This document shows positions 9,232 through 19,068 of a DNA stretch of 64,000 nucleotides, piece after piece. Location of the stretch: the IMG/VR virus record IMGVR_UViG_3300035703_000003; one strand, written 5' to 3'. The DNA comes from a virus (lineage: Duplodnaviria; Heunggongvirae; Uroviricota; Caudoviricetes). The notes below the pieces were generated by a model, which was given only the letters and a program-made list of their open reading frames with translations, did no database searches and had not been told where the DNA came from. Numbering within the stretch: position 1 is the first letter of the stretch; each line of letters opens with the position of its first letter. Position numbers and translations under genes: made by a program.

Positions 9232-9260
9232 ACTATACTATACAATTGTATACAAGTCAA
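9232..9260 (-). promoter_or_regulatory. Sigma70-type promoter TTGACT-N17-TATAGT for the late sigma gene, with a 14-bp palindrome
   Basis: - strand reads ttgact tgtatacaattgtatag tatagt; TATACAATTGTATA (9239-9252) is a perfect palindrome. Confidence 0.7.
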
Positions 9261-9285
9261 CCATTAAATACTAATATAATTAGTC

Positions 9286-9293
9286 AATAAATA
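9286..9293 (+). promoter_or_regulatory. Late promoter AATAAATA for the baseplate operon
   Basis: Intergenic, upstream of 9326. Confidence 0.55.
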
Positions 9294-9325
9294 CATATAG
9301 AGTATAGATATTTATTCGCAAAAGG

Positions 9326-9928
9326 ATGCAGTTAATGAGTGGAATTAGTAGTAATAACAGAGCGTTTTTAAGAACAGCACCTGGGGCAGTGGCTTTTTAT
9401 TGTCGAGGCCCTGCAGATGAACTACGAACACATGGTGGCATTTTATTTCCTAATCAACCTGATATTTCTTATCAACAATCGGTTAATTATAGTCCATATA
9501 GTTTAACGCATACAAATTATAATTTTAATGCTTATAACAATACACCTTCGCCTAGTATACAAGTAACAGCACAATTTTCACAAGTAACAGACCAAGAACA
9601 CGCTTACTTACAAGGAGTAATACACTTTTTGAGAAGTGTTACTAAAATGTTTTACGGTATCAATGATGGCGGCACTGCAGGTGTTCCACCGCCAGTATTA
9701 AGATTCAGCGCACTTGGATTATTTAAGGATGTAAAAGTTCAGGTTTCCAGTTTTTCATTGATTTTGTCGAGTGACACTGATTTAAAAGAGTTTAGAGGTG
9801 TTGCGTTACCTACCATACAAACCATTGCACTAGACTTATTACCAATTGTAACACCTGACAAACAAAAATCTGAATTTAGTTTAAATGGGTTTGTTAACGG
9901 CAACTTATATTCTAGAGGATATATCTAA
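9326..9928 (+). CDS. Baseplate tail-tube initiator/cap (gp48/gp54-like)
   Basis: LFPNQPDISYQQSVNY...THTNY...SIQVTAQF...PPPVLRF pattern; first gene of the baseplate operon. Confidence 0.6.
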   Translation: MQLMSGISSNNRAFLRTAPGAVAFYCRGPADELRTHGGILFPNQPDISYQQSVNYSPYSLTHTNYNFNAYNNTPSPSIQVTAQFSQVTDQEHAYLQGVIHFLRSVTKMFYGINDGGTAGVPPPVLRFSALGLFKDVKVQVSSFSLILSSDTDLKEFRGVALPTIQTIALDLLPIVTPDKQKSEFSLNGFVNGNLYSRGYI

Positions 9929-10227
9929 TGACAGTTCAATATAAATCTAGTAGCAATTATGCAATAACAAGTTTAAATAGAAAATATTTAGATATCTACA
10001 TTCCTCCCTTAACAAAACAAACGTTAAGCGTTGAAACTAGAAAAACTATCATACCATCAAAGTTTAATTTAAGACCTGATCTAATGGCTTACGAACTGTA
10101 TGGTAATAGTAACGCATGGTGGACTTTAATACATTATAACAGAGATGTAATTAAAGATCCAATTTTTGACTTTAAAGCAGGATTAGAAATCGTTGTTCCT
10201 AAACGATTTGTAGCGCCGGGGAATTAA
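9928..10227 (+). CDS. gp53: Baseplate wedge protein, gp53/LysM-like
   Basis: RPDLMAYELYGNSNAWW motif. Confidence 0.75.
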   Translation: MTVQYKSSSNYAITSLNRKYLDIYIPPLTKQTLSVETRKTIIPSKFNLRPDLMAYELYGNSNAWWTLIHYNRDVIKDPIFDFKAGLEIVVPKRFVAPGN

Positions 10228-10232
10228 GAACA

Positions 10233-12866
10233 ATGGTGAATTACAGTTCGAATTATATCGAAAATCCACTAAACAAATACGAAAGTTATACATATAGCTG
10301 GGCGATACACATGTGTCATCCTCAGAATTCTAATGCTGTTAACCCGGCTACACTTAAGTCGAGTAATAGAGTAATAACGCTCGCAGAATCTGGTGTTGAA
10401 AATGAAATTTCAATACATCGAGTAGAACAGTCATTTGTGTTTATATCTCAAGACAAACAAGCGGTTGCTAATCAGTTTAAAATAGATTTTATCGAAGTTG
10501 GTGGTATTACATTTTTTAGTAGGATTTTAAAAGCAGCAAATGACTTAAACATAGAAAATCATTTAAATGCAACATATATTTTAGAATTGAATTTTAAAGG
10601 ACAATTGAACGGCACACCAGTTGGACGAATGCCCGAAGTTGGTACATACTATTATATCTGTTCAATGACAAATCTGGGTATGTCTTATCAAGAAGGAGCA
10701 GCATATTACAGCGGTTCGCTTGTTGAAACATCTTCGTTGGCGTTTAATCAACTAGAAATAGCGTTGTCTTTTGAAACTAGTATACAAGCAAGCACATTTG
10801 GTGAATTTTTAGGAAAATTTCAAGGTGAGCTTAAGAAGCAGGCAAGAGAAGTTGTCAGACTGAGTCGTAATAGTTTATTTCCGAACGATTATGTTTTAAT
10901 CGACGGGTATGGTGCAAGCTCTTGGGCATTCGGCGACCCGGGCACAATTGAAGAAGCAAGAAATGTCAGTGTCAGCGGTAGTGCCGGTAATTTAAATTTT
11001 AATTTTCCAAAAGGAACAAGCATTACAACCGCAATAACAGTTGCACTGATGAACACAGATAAACAGCGCAGGCTTCCGGTAGGTCTTAGAGGAGAAGTAT
11101 TTGCTAAATCTAACGCAAATGATCTTACAGCAATACCATCACAGTATGCGAATCAACTACGATGGCCAACGTATGAAACACACACTGCATTTGGACGATA
11201 TGACGAAATTTCTAATAATTATCAAAAACGATTAACGTATACTGTTATACCAACACTTAAACCAGATGGGACCAATGATCCGGATAGTTATAAAACTTTC
11301 AATGAATCTAAAGTAATGCAAGTCGACAAGTTGAAAAAGTATTTTACAAACGGTCAATTAAAAAAACGATATGATTATATTCATACTGGTAAAAATACAG
11401 AAATATTAAATTTTGATGTATCAATAAATAATTTGTTTTTTACAATGCAAGCTTCATTATTCGGAGCATTAAATAGAGCTGATAGTTATTTTCCTGGTGG
11501 TAGTTCCGACGGGCAAACAGCAAGTGTGTTATTGACGCAAAATGATCAGATTAGAGCAAAAATACAAGAAATTCAAAGACAGATAAGCGGATTAGAAAGC
11601 AGACAACGAAATAGTCGTAGCGGTGGTGATTCTGAGTTGATAAGAATCGGCCGTGACATACCTGCATTGCAGGTAGAGTTAGATGATCTGATCAGACAAG
11701 AAGAAGCACTTGCACCAACTGTTAATGATGCACTGTCTACGTTTCAAACAGGTGCATTTACCAACAATGTTCCATCTGTTAATAGAAATCGTTATATTAC
11801 ACAAAGTGAACTATATGCTAATTCTGATATAAATTCAAACAGAGAAGCTGTATACAGGATGCCTTTTAGGTTTGCCACGCCAAACGGTTCTGCAACACGT
11901 GGACCTGAAACAAACAGTCAAACTATTGGAGCTCTTGGTGTTGCAGCCTTGCAATCTAACTTATTTGCACCTGCTGACTTATTAGAAATATCCTTACAAA
12001 TCCGAGGAGATCCATGGTGGCTAGGACAATCTAATTATAATAAGTATGGAGTTAACAGTAAAATTGGTGGCCAGTCGTTCTTTTTAAACGTAATAGCTCC
12101 TAGGTATCCAGATGAAAATACTGGGTGGATGTTGCAAGAAAATCTAGTAACTTATATGTTATCCGGTGTATATGTTGTTCTTGGCGGCACTGCTACATAT
12201 GAATCAGGAATGTTTACCATGGCATTGTCTGCATATAGAGATTTAAATTCTCAGGTACACCTAATATATGATCTATTAGATCAAGGTTACGTTACCGGAG
12301 ATGAGATTAGATATTTAGAATCATTAAATGATACAACTGATGAGTCGACGACTGGTACAAGCGGTGCTACACAATTACCTCCTGAAGGATCAGTTCCGCC
12401 AGGTGCAACAGGTGCAAGTTCGCCAGGTGGACATACCCTTGCTAACAATGTTAACCCTGTGTTAAATAACGTGCTCACTGCAGCAGGTAATGCTGCCGGA
12501 GTAACAGTTGTAACGACAAGTGGTTACAGAGCCGGCCCTGGTAGCGGCAGACATTTAGGAGATGCGTCGGATGTTGCGTTGTATTCGGGCGGCAGGAGAC
12601 TTTCAGTTAGCAATGCAGCAGACAGGGCGATTATTAGAACATTTTCGCAGAATTTTATAAATGAAGCAAGAGCGCAAGGATATACTCCTAGTGTAGGTGC
12701 AGCTAATCACACATATCCGCCAAATCAATGGTATATGAACGGTAACACGTTCCATTATGATATTGCAGTAGGAAACAGTATAGCTGCTGACAGATCAACA
12801 GTCTGGGGCGGTAGCGGAGAAACTGCACATGTGCGACCGCCAAATTGGCTAACATCATTATTTTAA
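10233..12866 (+). CDS. Baseplate hub protein with C-terminal M15-type peptidoglycan peptidase domain
   Basis: NPLNKYESYTYSW start, IRGDPWWL hub motif, Ser/Thr/Pro/Gly linker, then TSGYR...RHLGDASD...FHYDI. Confidence 0.65.
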   Translation: MVNYSSNYIENPLNKYESYTYSWAIHMCHPQNSNAVNPATLKSSNRVITLAESGVENEISIHRVEQSFVFISQDKQAVANQFKIDFIEVGGITFFSRILKAANDLNIENHLNATYILELNFKGQLNGTPVGRMPEVGTYYYICSMTNLGMSYQEGAAYYSGSLVETSSLAFNQLEIALSFETSIQASTFGEFLGKFQGELKKQAREVVRLSRNSLFPNDYVLIDGYGASSWAFGDPGTIEEARNVSVSGSAGNLNFNFPKGTSITTAITVALMNTDKQRRLPVGLRGEVFAKSNANDLTAIPSQYANQLRWPTYETHTAFGRYDEISNNYQKRLTYTVIPTLKPDGTNDPDSYKTFNESKVMQVDKLKKYFTNGQLKKRYDYIHTGKNTEILNFDVSINNLFFTMQASLFGALNRADSYFPGGSSDGQTASVLLTQNDQIRAKIQEIQRQISGLESRQRNSRSGGDSELIRIGRDIPALQVELDDLIRQEEALAPTVNDALSTFQTGAFTNNVPSVNRNRYITQSELYANSDINSNREAVYRMPFRFATPNGSATRGPETNSQTIGALGVAALQSNLFAPADLLEISLQIRGDPWWLGQSNYNKYGVNSKIGGQSFFLNVIAPRYPDENTGWMLQENLVTYMLSGVYVVLGGTATYESGMFTMALSAYRDLNSQVHLIYDLLDQGYVTGDEIRYLESLNDTTDESTTGTSGATQLPPEGSVPPGATGASSPGGHTLANNVNPVLNNVLTAAGNAAGVTVVTTSGYRAGPGSGRHLGDASDVALYSGGRRLSVSNAADRAIIRTFSQNFINEARAQGYTPSVGAANHTYPPNQWYMNGNTFHYDIAVGNSIAADRSTVWGGSGETAHVRPPNWLTSLF

Positions 12867-12876
12867 AGGTTAACAT

Positions 12877-14220
12877 ATGACAAAATTTAGCGGCACGAAC
12901 AATAGCTACAAACCACATAAAGCATCTGATAGTGGCCCGACAGGCGGCATTAGCAGTCATAGTGGCATTTATATTGCAAAGGTAGTTGAAGTTGCAGATC
13001 CAGATTACGAAGGTCACGTTTGGGTAGAGATAGTAGGTGGTCAACGACTATCAAACAAAGACACACCTGAAGATAGAAGAAGTTATACAAAAATAAGACG
13101 ACCAATGCCTTTCGGCGGTTCTATCAGTGGTGGAAATTATAGTAATAGCTACGGTGCTGCATTTCCGCCGCCTGCACCTGGGACTGAAGTTATTGTAGGA
13201 TTTACTGGAACAGATCAAGAAGGATTTCTTTTAGGGGTCATGCCTGAAACAACTAGAAACACAAACGTACCAGGTATACCTGCTAGTGAAATAGATGGCG
13301 AGTCTGGGACAGTTGGCGCTACATTAGATACATCTCCTAGTAAAACACAAGACGGTAACAAACGAACAAGACACCCTATAGCAAACGCAAATGCGGTTCA
13401 GGGTATAGGTTTAGATGCTGCCCGTGGTGTAAGTAGTAGCGGTATGAGACGTGAAAGTCCATCCACTGTTGCTGGATTTTTAACACCTGGCGGTCATGGG
13501 TTAGTATTTGACGACGGCACAACTGCGTATGCCGAAGGAACAAACTATACACCAGACAAAAGCAGAGAAGCAGGAAAAAGTAATTTAGTAAGATTAAGAA
13601 GCGGCAGCGGAGCACAAATATTATTAAATGATAGTGCTGGTATTGTTTATATTATTAATCAAAATGGTAGTGGATGGATACAATTAGACAGTTCAGGAAA
13701 CTTGGACATCTATGCAGGCGGTAGTATCAGTATGAGAGCAACTCAGGATTTTAATTTATATGTCGACGGAGATTTTAATGTTGATGCAGATACTGTAAAT
13801 TTAAATGCAAGAGGATCAGGTGTTAAAATACATAGTGCAACAGGTGGTGTCGATGTTTATAGCACTAAAGATATTAAGTTAACTACAGACGCAAACATGC
13901 ATATAAAAGCATCAGGAAACACACGAGTTACTTCTGGTATGATTGATTTGAACGGTCCGGCAGCAGCAACCGCAGGTAAACCAGGACCAAATAATCTAAC
14001 AACAAATACTGGTGTAAAACAAAGCACAGCAGGCCGAGTTCCAGAACATGAACCATGGGGTGGACATTTGACAAATGAAATGTATTTGCCATCTCAAGCA
14101 AGAAGTAATACAACAGACACCACATCAAAAGATTATAACTTAGCACAGTTAAGCGGCGGCGGTCCTGTTGGCGGAACTGGCGGCGCTGCTGGCACTGCAC
14201 CAAAAGTAGGACCTCAATGA
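12877..14220 (+). CDS. gp5: Baseplate central spike, gp5/VgrG-like
   Basis: N-terminal OB-fold (IYIAKVVEVADPDYEGHVWV...PPAPGTEVIVGF), TPGGHGLVFDD, beta-helix repeats, RVPEHEPW end. Confidence 0.75.
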   Translation: MTKFSGTNNSYKPHKASDSGPTGGISSHSGIYIAKVVEVADPDYEGHVWVEIVGGQRLSNKDTPEDRRSYTKIRRPMPFGGSISGGNYSNSYGAAFPPPAPGTEVIVGFTGTDQEGFLLGVMPETTRNTNVPGIPASEIDGESGTVGATLDTSPSKTQDGNKRTRHPIANANAVQGIGLDAARGVSSSGMRRESPSTVAGFLTPGGHGLVFDDGTTAYAEGTNYTPDKSREAGKSNLVRLRSGSGAQILLNDSAGIVYIINQNGSGWIQLDSSGNLDIYAGGSISMRATQDFNLYVDGDFNVDADTVNLNARGSGVKIHSATGGVDVYSTKDIKLTTDANMHIKASGNTRVTSGMIDLNGPAAATAGKPGPNNLTTNTGVKQSTAGRVPEHEPWGGHLTNEMYLPSQARSNTTDTTSKDYNLAQLSGGGPVGGTGGAAGTAPKVGPQ

Positions 14221-15128
14221 TGCTAACAGAATTACAAATATATCATAAAACAAATTGGGAAGATTACACTGTCCTTGACGAGGATTTATACAAAACTGAA
14301 ATTTATATAGATAGTGTGTTCGCAAGTGATACACTTGTTTCGGTTGCATTGAATAATTTTAAATATAATGGGTATGATGGTAAAGGATACTCTGCAGGCA
14401 TTGCAAACAGAGGTATAACAGAAGAAGAAGCATATAATATCTGGATAGAAGATTTTCGACGCAAAGAACGAAATTTTATCAGACAGTTAAAATCCTTAGG
14501 ATTAAATGAAATGTCTCAGTCGGTATTTGATGGCTTACTATTATATTATTTGTTAGCAGAAAATTTTACAATAGTTTATGCAATGGAAGGTCAATATAAT
14601 TTAAGAGATCATATTGTAAATAAAAATTGGGACACAGTTGCTGGTATGATTTTAAGGGATCATGCAAACAGACAAAATTCTATTCGTGCAGCAACTATAC
14701 TTCGATTAGCAGATTACGGCAATCCGAAAACTAGAGGCTGGTTACGTGCAAATGGTATATTTGAAATGAGAGCATCTAATCAAATCGGATTGTTATCGGG
14801 CGATAAATTAACTAGAGCAAGATTTTCATATTATGCAGAAACGTTAGAATTTTTACCGCTAACTCCTAATAGTATTAAACGTGATATTGCTAAAAGATAC
14901 GATGAGACTTTAATTACACAAAGCTGGGTATATGACGGTTCTACTGTAAATTATTCCTTATCAAAAACTCCTGCAATGAGTCCGGTAGAAAAACTAGAAG
15001 TTAAAGTCAATAATAATATTTTACAGTATGAATACGATTATACTTTGAGTAATAATGTGTTTACTATTAAAACAGATTCGATAGAATTAGTTACAGGCGA
15101 TATTATTTCTTCAAAAATTAGAATATAA
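14217..15128 (+). CDS. GH24 lysozyme-like baseplate protein, apparently catalytically degenerate, with small C-terminal beta domain
   Basis: GITEEEAYNIWIEDF, SQSVFDGLLLY and terminal helix pattern resemble GH24; the catalytic E-x8-D-x5-T triad is not recognisable. Confidence 0.5.
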   Translation: MMLTELQIYHKTNWEDYTVLDEDLYKTEIYIDSVFASDTLVSVALNNFKYNGYDGKGYSAGIANRGITEEEAYNIWIEDFRRKERNFIRQLKSLGLNEMSQSVFDGLLLYYLLAENFTIVYAMEGQYNLRDHIVNKNWDTVAGMILRDHANRQNSIRAATILRLADYGNPKTRGWLRANGIFEMRASNQIGLLSGDKLTRARFSYYAETLEFLPLTPNSIKRDIAKRYDETLITQSWVYDGSTVNYSLSKTPAMSPVEKLEVKVNNNILQYEYDYTLSNNVFTIKTDSIELVTGDIISSKIRI

Positions 15129-15147
15129 TATTAGCATATAATTATTC

Positions 15148-15155
15148 GATAAATA
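15148..15155 (+). promoter_or_regulatory. Late promoter GATAAATA upstream of gp25
   Basis: 5 nt upstream of ATG 15161. Confidence 0.55.
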
Positions 15156-15160
15156 TTATT

Positions 15161-15526
15161 ATGGCAACATATATCGGATATAGCACAGTTGAAAACCCTA
15201 ACAGTAGCAAGATTCTTGTAGATAAAGAACTTGCTATTCGTGATTTAATGAATCATTTTTACACAAAAAAAGGTGAGCGAGTGATGAATCCAGAATTTGG
15301 ATCTATCATTTGGGACTTATTGTTTGATCCGCTAGACGATTTAACAGAATCATTAGCAAAAGAAGATGTCGAAAGAATTGTCCGAAGTGACCCTAGATGG
15401 GTATTTCAAGACTTGAAAGCAGAAAAGCCAGACGATCATAGTTTAAGTATAAGAGTGCAAATGTTTTACAACGACACTGGCACAGCCGAGGAATTATACT
15501 TAACATTCATAGGTGAGATAGAATAA
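15161..15526 (+). CDS. gp25: Baseplate wedge subunit gp25
   Basis: TKKGERVMNPEFGS...LLFDPL...DPR motif. Confidence 0.92.
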   Translation: MATYIGYSTVENPNSSKILVDKELAIRDLMNHFYTKKGERVMNPEFGSIIWDLLFDPLDDLTESLAKEDVERIVRSDPRWVFQDLKAEKPDDHSLSIRVQMFYNDTGTAEELYLTFIGEIE

Positions 15527-18500
15527 TGGCACAAAATATCAGACAAAGTAGTTTATTTGCTGCAGAAGACTTCAGCGTAGTTTACGAAAGTTTTGCACAA
15601 GCAGACTTTCAATCATACGATTTTGATACGATCAGAAATAGTATGGTTAACTATATCAACAACAACTATCCTGAAAACTTTAATGACTGGATTAGTAGCA
15701 GCGAGTTTGTAAGTTTGATAGAACTTATGGCTTTCCTCGGCCATAACTTAGCGTTCCGTGCAGACCTCGCTAGTCGTGAAAACTTTTTAAGCACTGCAGA
15801 GCGTAGAGAAAGTGTTTTACGTATTGCTGAATTTTTAGGATACAAGCCTACTAGAAATGTTGTTGCAAGCGGATACTTAAAAATAGATAGTGTTAGAACC
15901 AATGAAACAGTTTACGATGTTAATGGTAACAGTTTAGCAAACGTTACAGTTCAGTATGAAGATACAACTGATCCCGACACATATCAAAACTTTTTATCTA
16001 TTATGAACAGCATTTTTCAAAATAGTAATAGATTCGGATCTCCATTTGCTAAATTTACAAAGAATAATGTACAGTATGAAATATACAGAACAAACAGTTC
16101 TAACAATGATGTAGTTAAAGAATTTAGTGGAATCATTGATTCTGGTAGAGCTTCTTTTACGGCACATGGTGTAAGTTACGATCAATCTAGAAATAAATTA
16201 GAAGAAAAAATACCCGATCCTTACGGCGTATTTGATTTACTTTATCAAAATGATAATGGCGGACTTGCTAGTCCTAACACTGGATTCTTTTTCGGATTTA
16301 AAGAAGGTTCATTACAATATAAAGATTTTTCGATAACAAACGGGTTGCCAAATTTGGTAATTGATATTAATGAGAATAATATCGCCAATGGTAATATATG
16401 GGTCCAAACAATCGATGAAGCAGGACAAGTATTAGCAACATGGACCCAAATTGACAGGCTATTTGGGAACAGTAATATAGTAAACAATTCTAGTTCTAGA
16501 AACGTGTATACTGTGAGTTCTAGAGAAAATGACCAAGTTAGTATTGTGTTTGCTGACGGCAACTTTGGAAACGTGCCTCGTGGTATAATACGTGTTTGGT
16601 ACAGAACTGGCATCAACAGAACATATAATATAAACCCAGATACATTCAATAATGTTTCCATTACTATTAACTATACAGGTGCAGGCGATAGATCTTATGT
16701 TGCAACATTTAACTGTGGTTTAAAAACACCGGTAAGTAACGCAAGCGAAAGAGAAACCATTGATAGTATCAAAGTAAACAGCGGCAGATTTTTTGCTACA
16801 CAAGATCGCATGGTGACAGCAGACGACTATACTGTGTTCCCATTAACAGTAAGCGAAAATATTTTAAAAATCAAAAGCATAAACCGAGTGCATAGTGGTC
16901 ATAGTCGTTTTAGAGATTTATACGATCCTACTGCAACTTATAGTGATGCAATACAGTATACCGATGATGCATATATTTACAAAGAAGATGTTACAACTAG
17001 AAGTTCAATATCACTGCCTTCCGTATTAAATTCTGAACAAATATTAAGTCAGTATATCAATCCAATTTTAAGTAATCCTGAAGTTAAAAACTTCTATTAC
17101 GACAGACAATATTATGGTTATGAAACAGGCGGCTATAACTCTAATAGTTATTTCAATAATACTGTATCAGATTTAACATATTTAACAGCAAGTGATAGTA
17201 ATATTACTGGAGTATACCGTTGGAATCAAGTAACAAGAAGTAACAATAGCTGCACAGGTTATATAACTTATAATAGCTTTGTTCAAAGATTAGGCGACAA
17301 TGCTGCTGATCCGCTACGAAAGTTAGAAGTTAACGGATTAGTAGAATTCATTACATCACCTTTTAGAACAGGATATATTAAAACTATAGAAGTTATCAGT
17401 GGCGGATCGGGTTATTCTACTGCTCCTACTGTTGTTATAACTGGTGTTGGTTCTAGTGCAACTGCAACTGCAAACATAAGTGCAGGTGTAGTTGTTTCCG
17501 TTAGTATCACAAATCCTGGCATTAATTACGATTCAGTTACAAATATATCCTTTACAGGCGGTGGCGGATCTGGGGCAACTGCAAAAGCCACAGTTTCAAA
17601 TGCAGATACTGTTTGGGCCAGAATTGTAAAATTAGATAATGGCGGCTTTGGTGTAGATGACAGTGTAGGTAATCCTACAGGCGTAAATGTCATTGGACAA
17701 GGTGCAGTGACACTTTCATCATCAATACCATCAGGTGCTAGAATAAAAAGAATTATTCCAAGTTGGGAAAGTCAGTTTACTAATACAGTAAAAACCGCTG
17801 TAATTTCTAAAATTGCAAATAGACTTAGCTTTGGACTAAGATACAATCCGAGTATTCAGGAATGGGCTGTAATCGATAGCAGCAACTTGCCTGCAAGTAA
17901 TATTGCAAATAACAGTGTATCTAGCTGGAGCAGACAATACGAAGGCGATACGTCGAATACAGGCAGAGATAATAGTTGGTTAATCAGAATCAACTATTCA
18001 AACTCTCAGTGGGAAGTGTTAACACGCAAAACTCGTTATATTGTGGGTAGCGATGCCACCTTGAAGTTTAATAACTTAAATTTCGCTGAATCCTTCAGTA
18101 GCGAAACATTAAAACCAGGCAGAGACAAGTTTGAGTTTTTACCTATCAACACAAAGTCAACTATTAACATGACTCCACTTGGTAAAAAATATACATTTAA
18201 CAGTTTCGGATATTTTACATATCCTGAAGGTTATACTGATCCTTATAAAGTTAGAGTTACATTAGATGATAATGATAACGATACATTTATAAATGATCCG
18301 GAATCATTTAAGAAATTAACCAATGCTGAAACTATTAACTTAGGAACAAAACTAGAATATTATCCGAACGAATACGAATTCGTTGTCCATGACGACAGTG
18401 GCAACACTACTGTCAATGGTCGTGCTGAACTACATATGAAGTATACACGAATCGCAGATATAAATCAAGTTATTGATCCTGCAGTAACTAACATTATCGA

Positions 18501-19068
18501 CACTTATGTCTTATTAAGAAGCTATGACACAAGTTTCAGAACATGGGCAGTACGTGACGGAAGAAGTTATACAAAACCTAATCCGCCAACAATATCTGAA
18601 CTAACTGAAACGTTTACAAGTCTAGAACCAAAGAAATCTATCAGTGACCAAATAATTTATAGACCTGTGAAGTATAAAATTTTGTTTGGAGATTTAGCTA
18701 ACCCAGAACTACAAGCTAAATTTAACATTACTAAAACTAGTAATGCAACAATGAGTGATGTAGAAATAAAACAACAAACCATAAACTTGATAAATGAATT
18801 TTTCAGTATAGAGAATTGGGACTTCGGTGAAACATTCTATTTTACCGAACTTGCAGCATACGTTCATAATAATATGATCGGTCAAATATCACAAATTACA
18901 ATTTCTTCTGTATCAAATCCAGAAGATTTAAATAGTCTATATGAAATACAGGCAGATAGCGACGAACTATTCGTACCAGTATTAAGTATAGGAAACTTTG
19001 TTATTACTAATACAGTAATAGCAAATGCAACATCAATCGCAGCAAATTCCGGAGTTAGTACAAGATGA
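15526..19068 (+). CDS. gp6: Baseplate wedge subunit gp6-like (1180 aa)
   Basis: YDFDTIRNSM, LAFRADL, FLSTAERRESVLRIAEFLGYKP, FADGNFG, QDRMVTADDY. Confidence 0.9.
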   Translation: MAQNIRQSSLFAAEDFSVVYESFAQADFQSYDFDTIRNSMVNYINNNYPENFNDWISSSEFVSLIELMAFLGHNLAFRADLASRENFLSTAERRESVLRIAEFLGYKPTRNVVASGYLKIDSVRTNETVYDVNGNSLANVTVQYEDTTDPDTYQNFLSIMNSIFQNSNRFGSPFAKFTKNNVQYEIYRTNSSNNDVVKEFSGIIDSGRASFTAHGVSYDQSRNKLEEKIPDPYGVFDLLYQNDNGGLASPNTGFFFGFKEGSLQYKDFSITNGLPNLVIDINENNIANGNIWVQTIDEAGQVLATWTQIDRLFGNSNIVNNSSSRNVYTVSSRENDQVSIVFADGNFGNVPRGIIRVWYRTGINRTYNINPDTFNNVSITINYTGAGDRSYVATFNCGLKTPVSNASERETIDSIKVNSGRFFATQDRMVTADDYTVFPLTVSENILKIKSINRVHSGHSRFRDLYDPTATYSDAIQYTDDAYIYKEDVTTRSSISLPSVLNSEQILSQYINPILSNPEVKNFYYDRQYYGYETGGYNSNSYFNNTVSDLTYLTASDSNITGVYRWNQVTRSNNSCTGYITYNSFVQRLGDNAADPLRKLEVNGLVEFITSPFRTGYIKTIEVISGGSGYSTAPTVVITGVGSSATATANISAGVVVSVSITNPGINYDSVTNISFTGGGGSGATAKATVSNADTVWARIVKLDNGGFGVDDSVGNPTGVNVIGQGAVTLSSSIPSGARIKRIIPSWESQFTNTVKTAVISKIANRLSFGLRYNPSIQEWAVIDSSNLPASNIANNSVSSWSRQYEGDTSNTGRDNSWLIRINYSNSQWEVLTRKTRYIVGSDATLKFNNLNFAESFSSETLKPGRDKFEFLPINTKSTINMTPLGKKYTFNSFGYFTYPEGYTDPYKVRVTLDDNDNDTFINDPESFKKLTNAETINLGTKLEYYPNEYEFVVHDDSGNTTVNGRAELHMKYTRIADINQVIDPAVTNIIDTYVLLRSYDTSFRTWAVRDGRSYTKPNPPTISELTETFTSLEPKKSISDQIIYRPVKYKILFGDLANPELQAKFNITKTSNATMSDVEIKQQTINLINEFFSIENWDFGETFYFTELAAYVHNNMIGQISQITISSVSNPEDLNSLYEIQADSDELFVPVLSIGNFVITNTVIANATSIAANSGVSTR

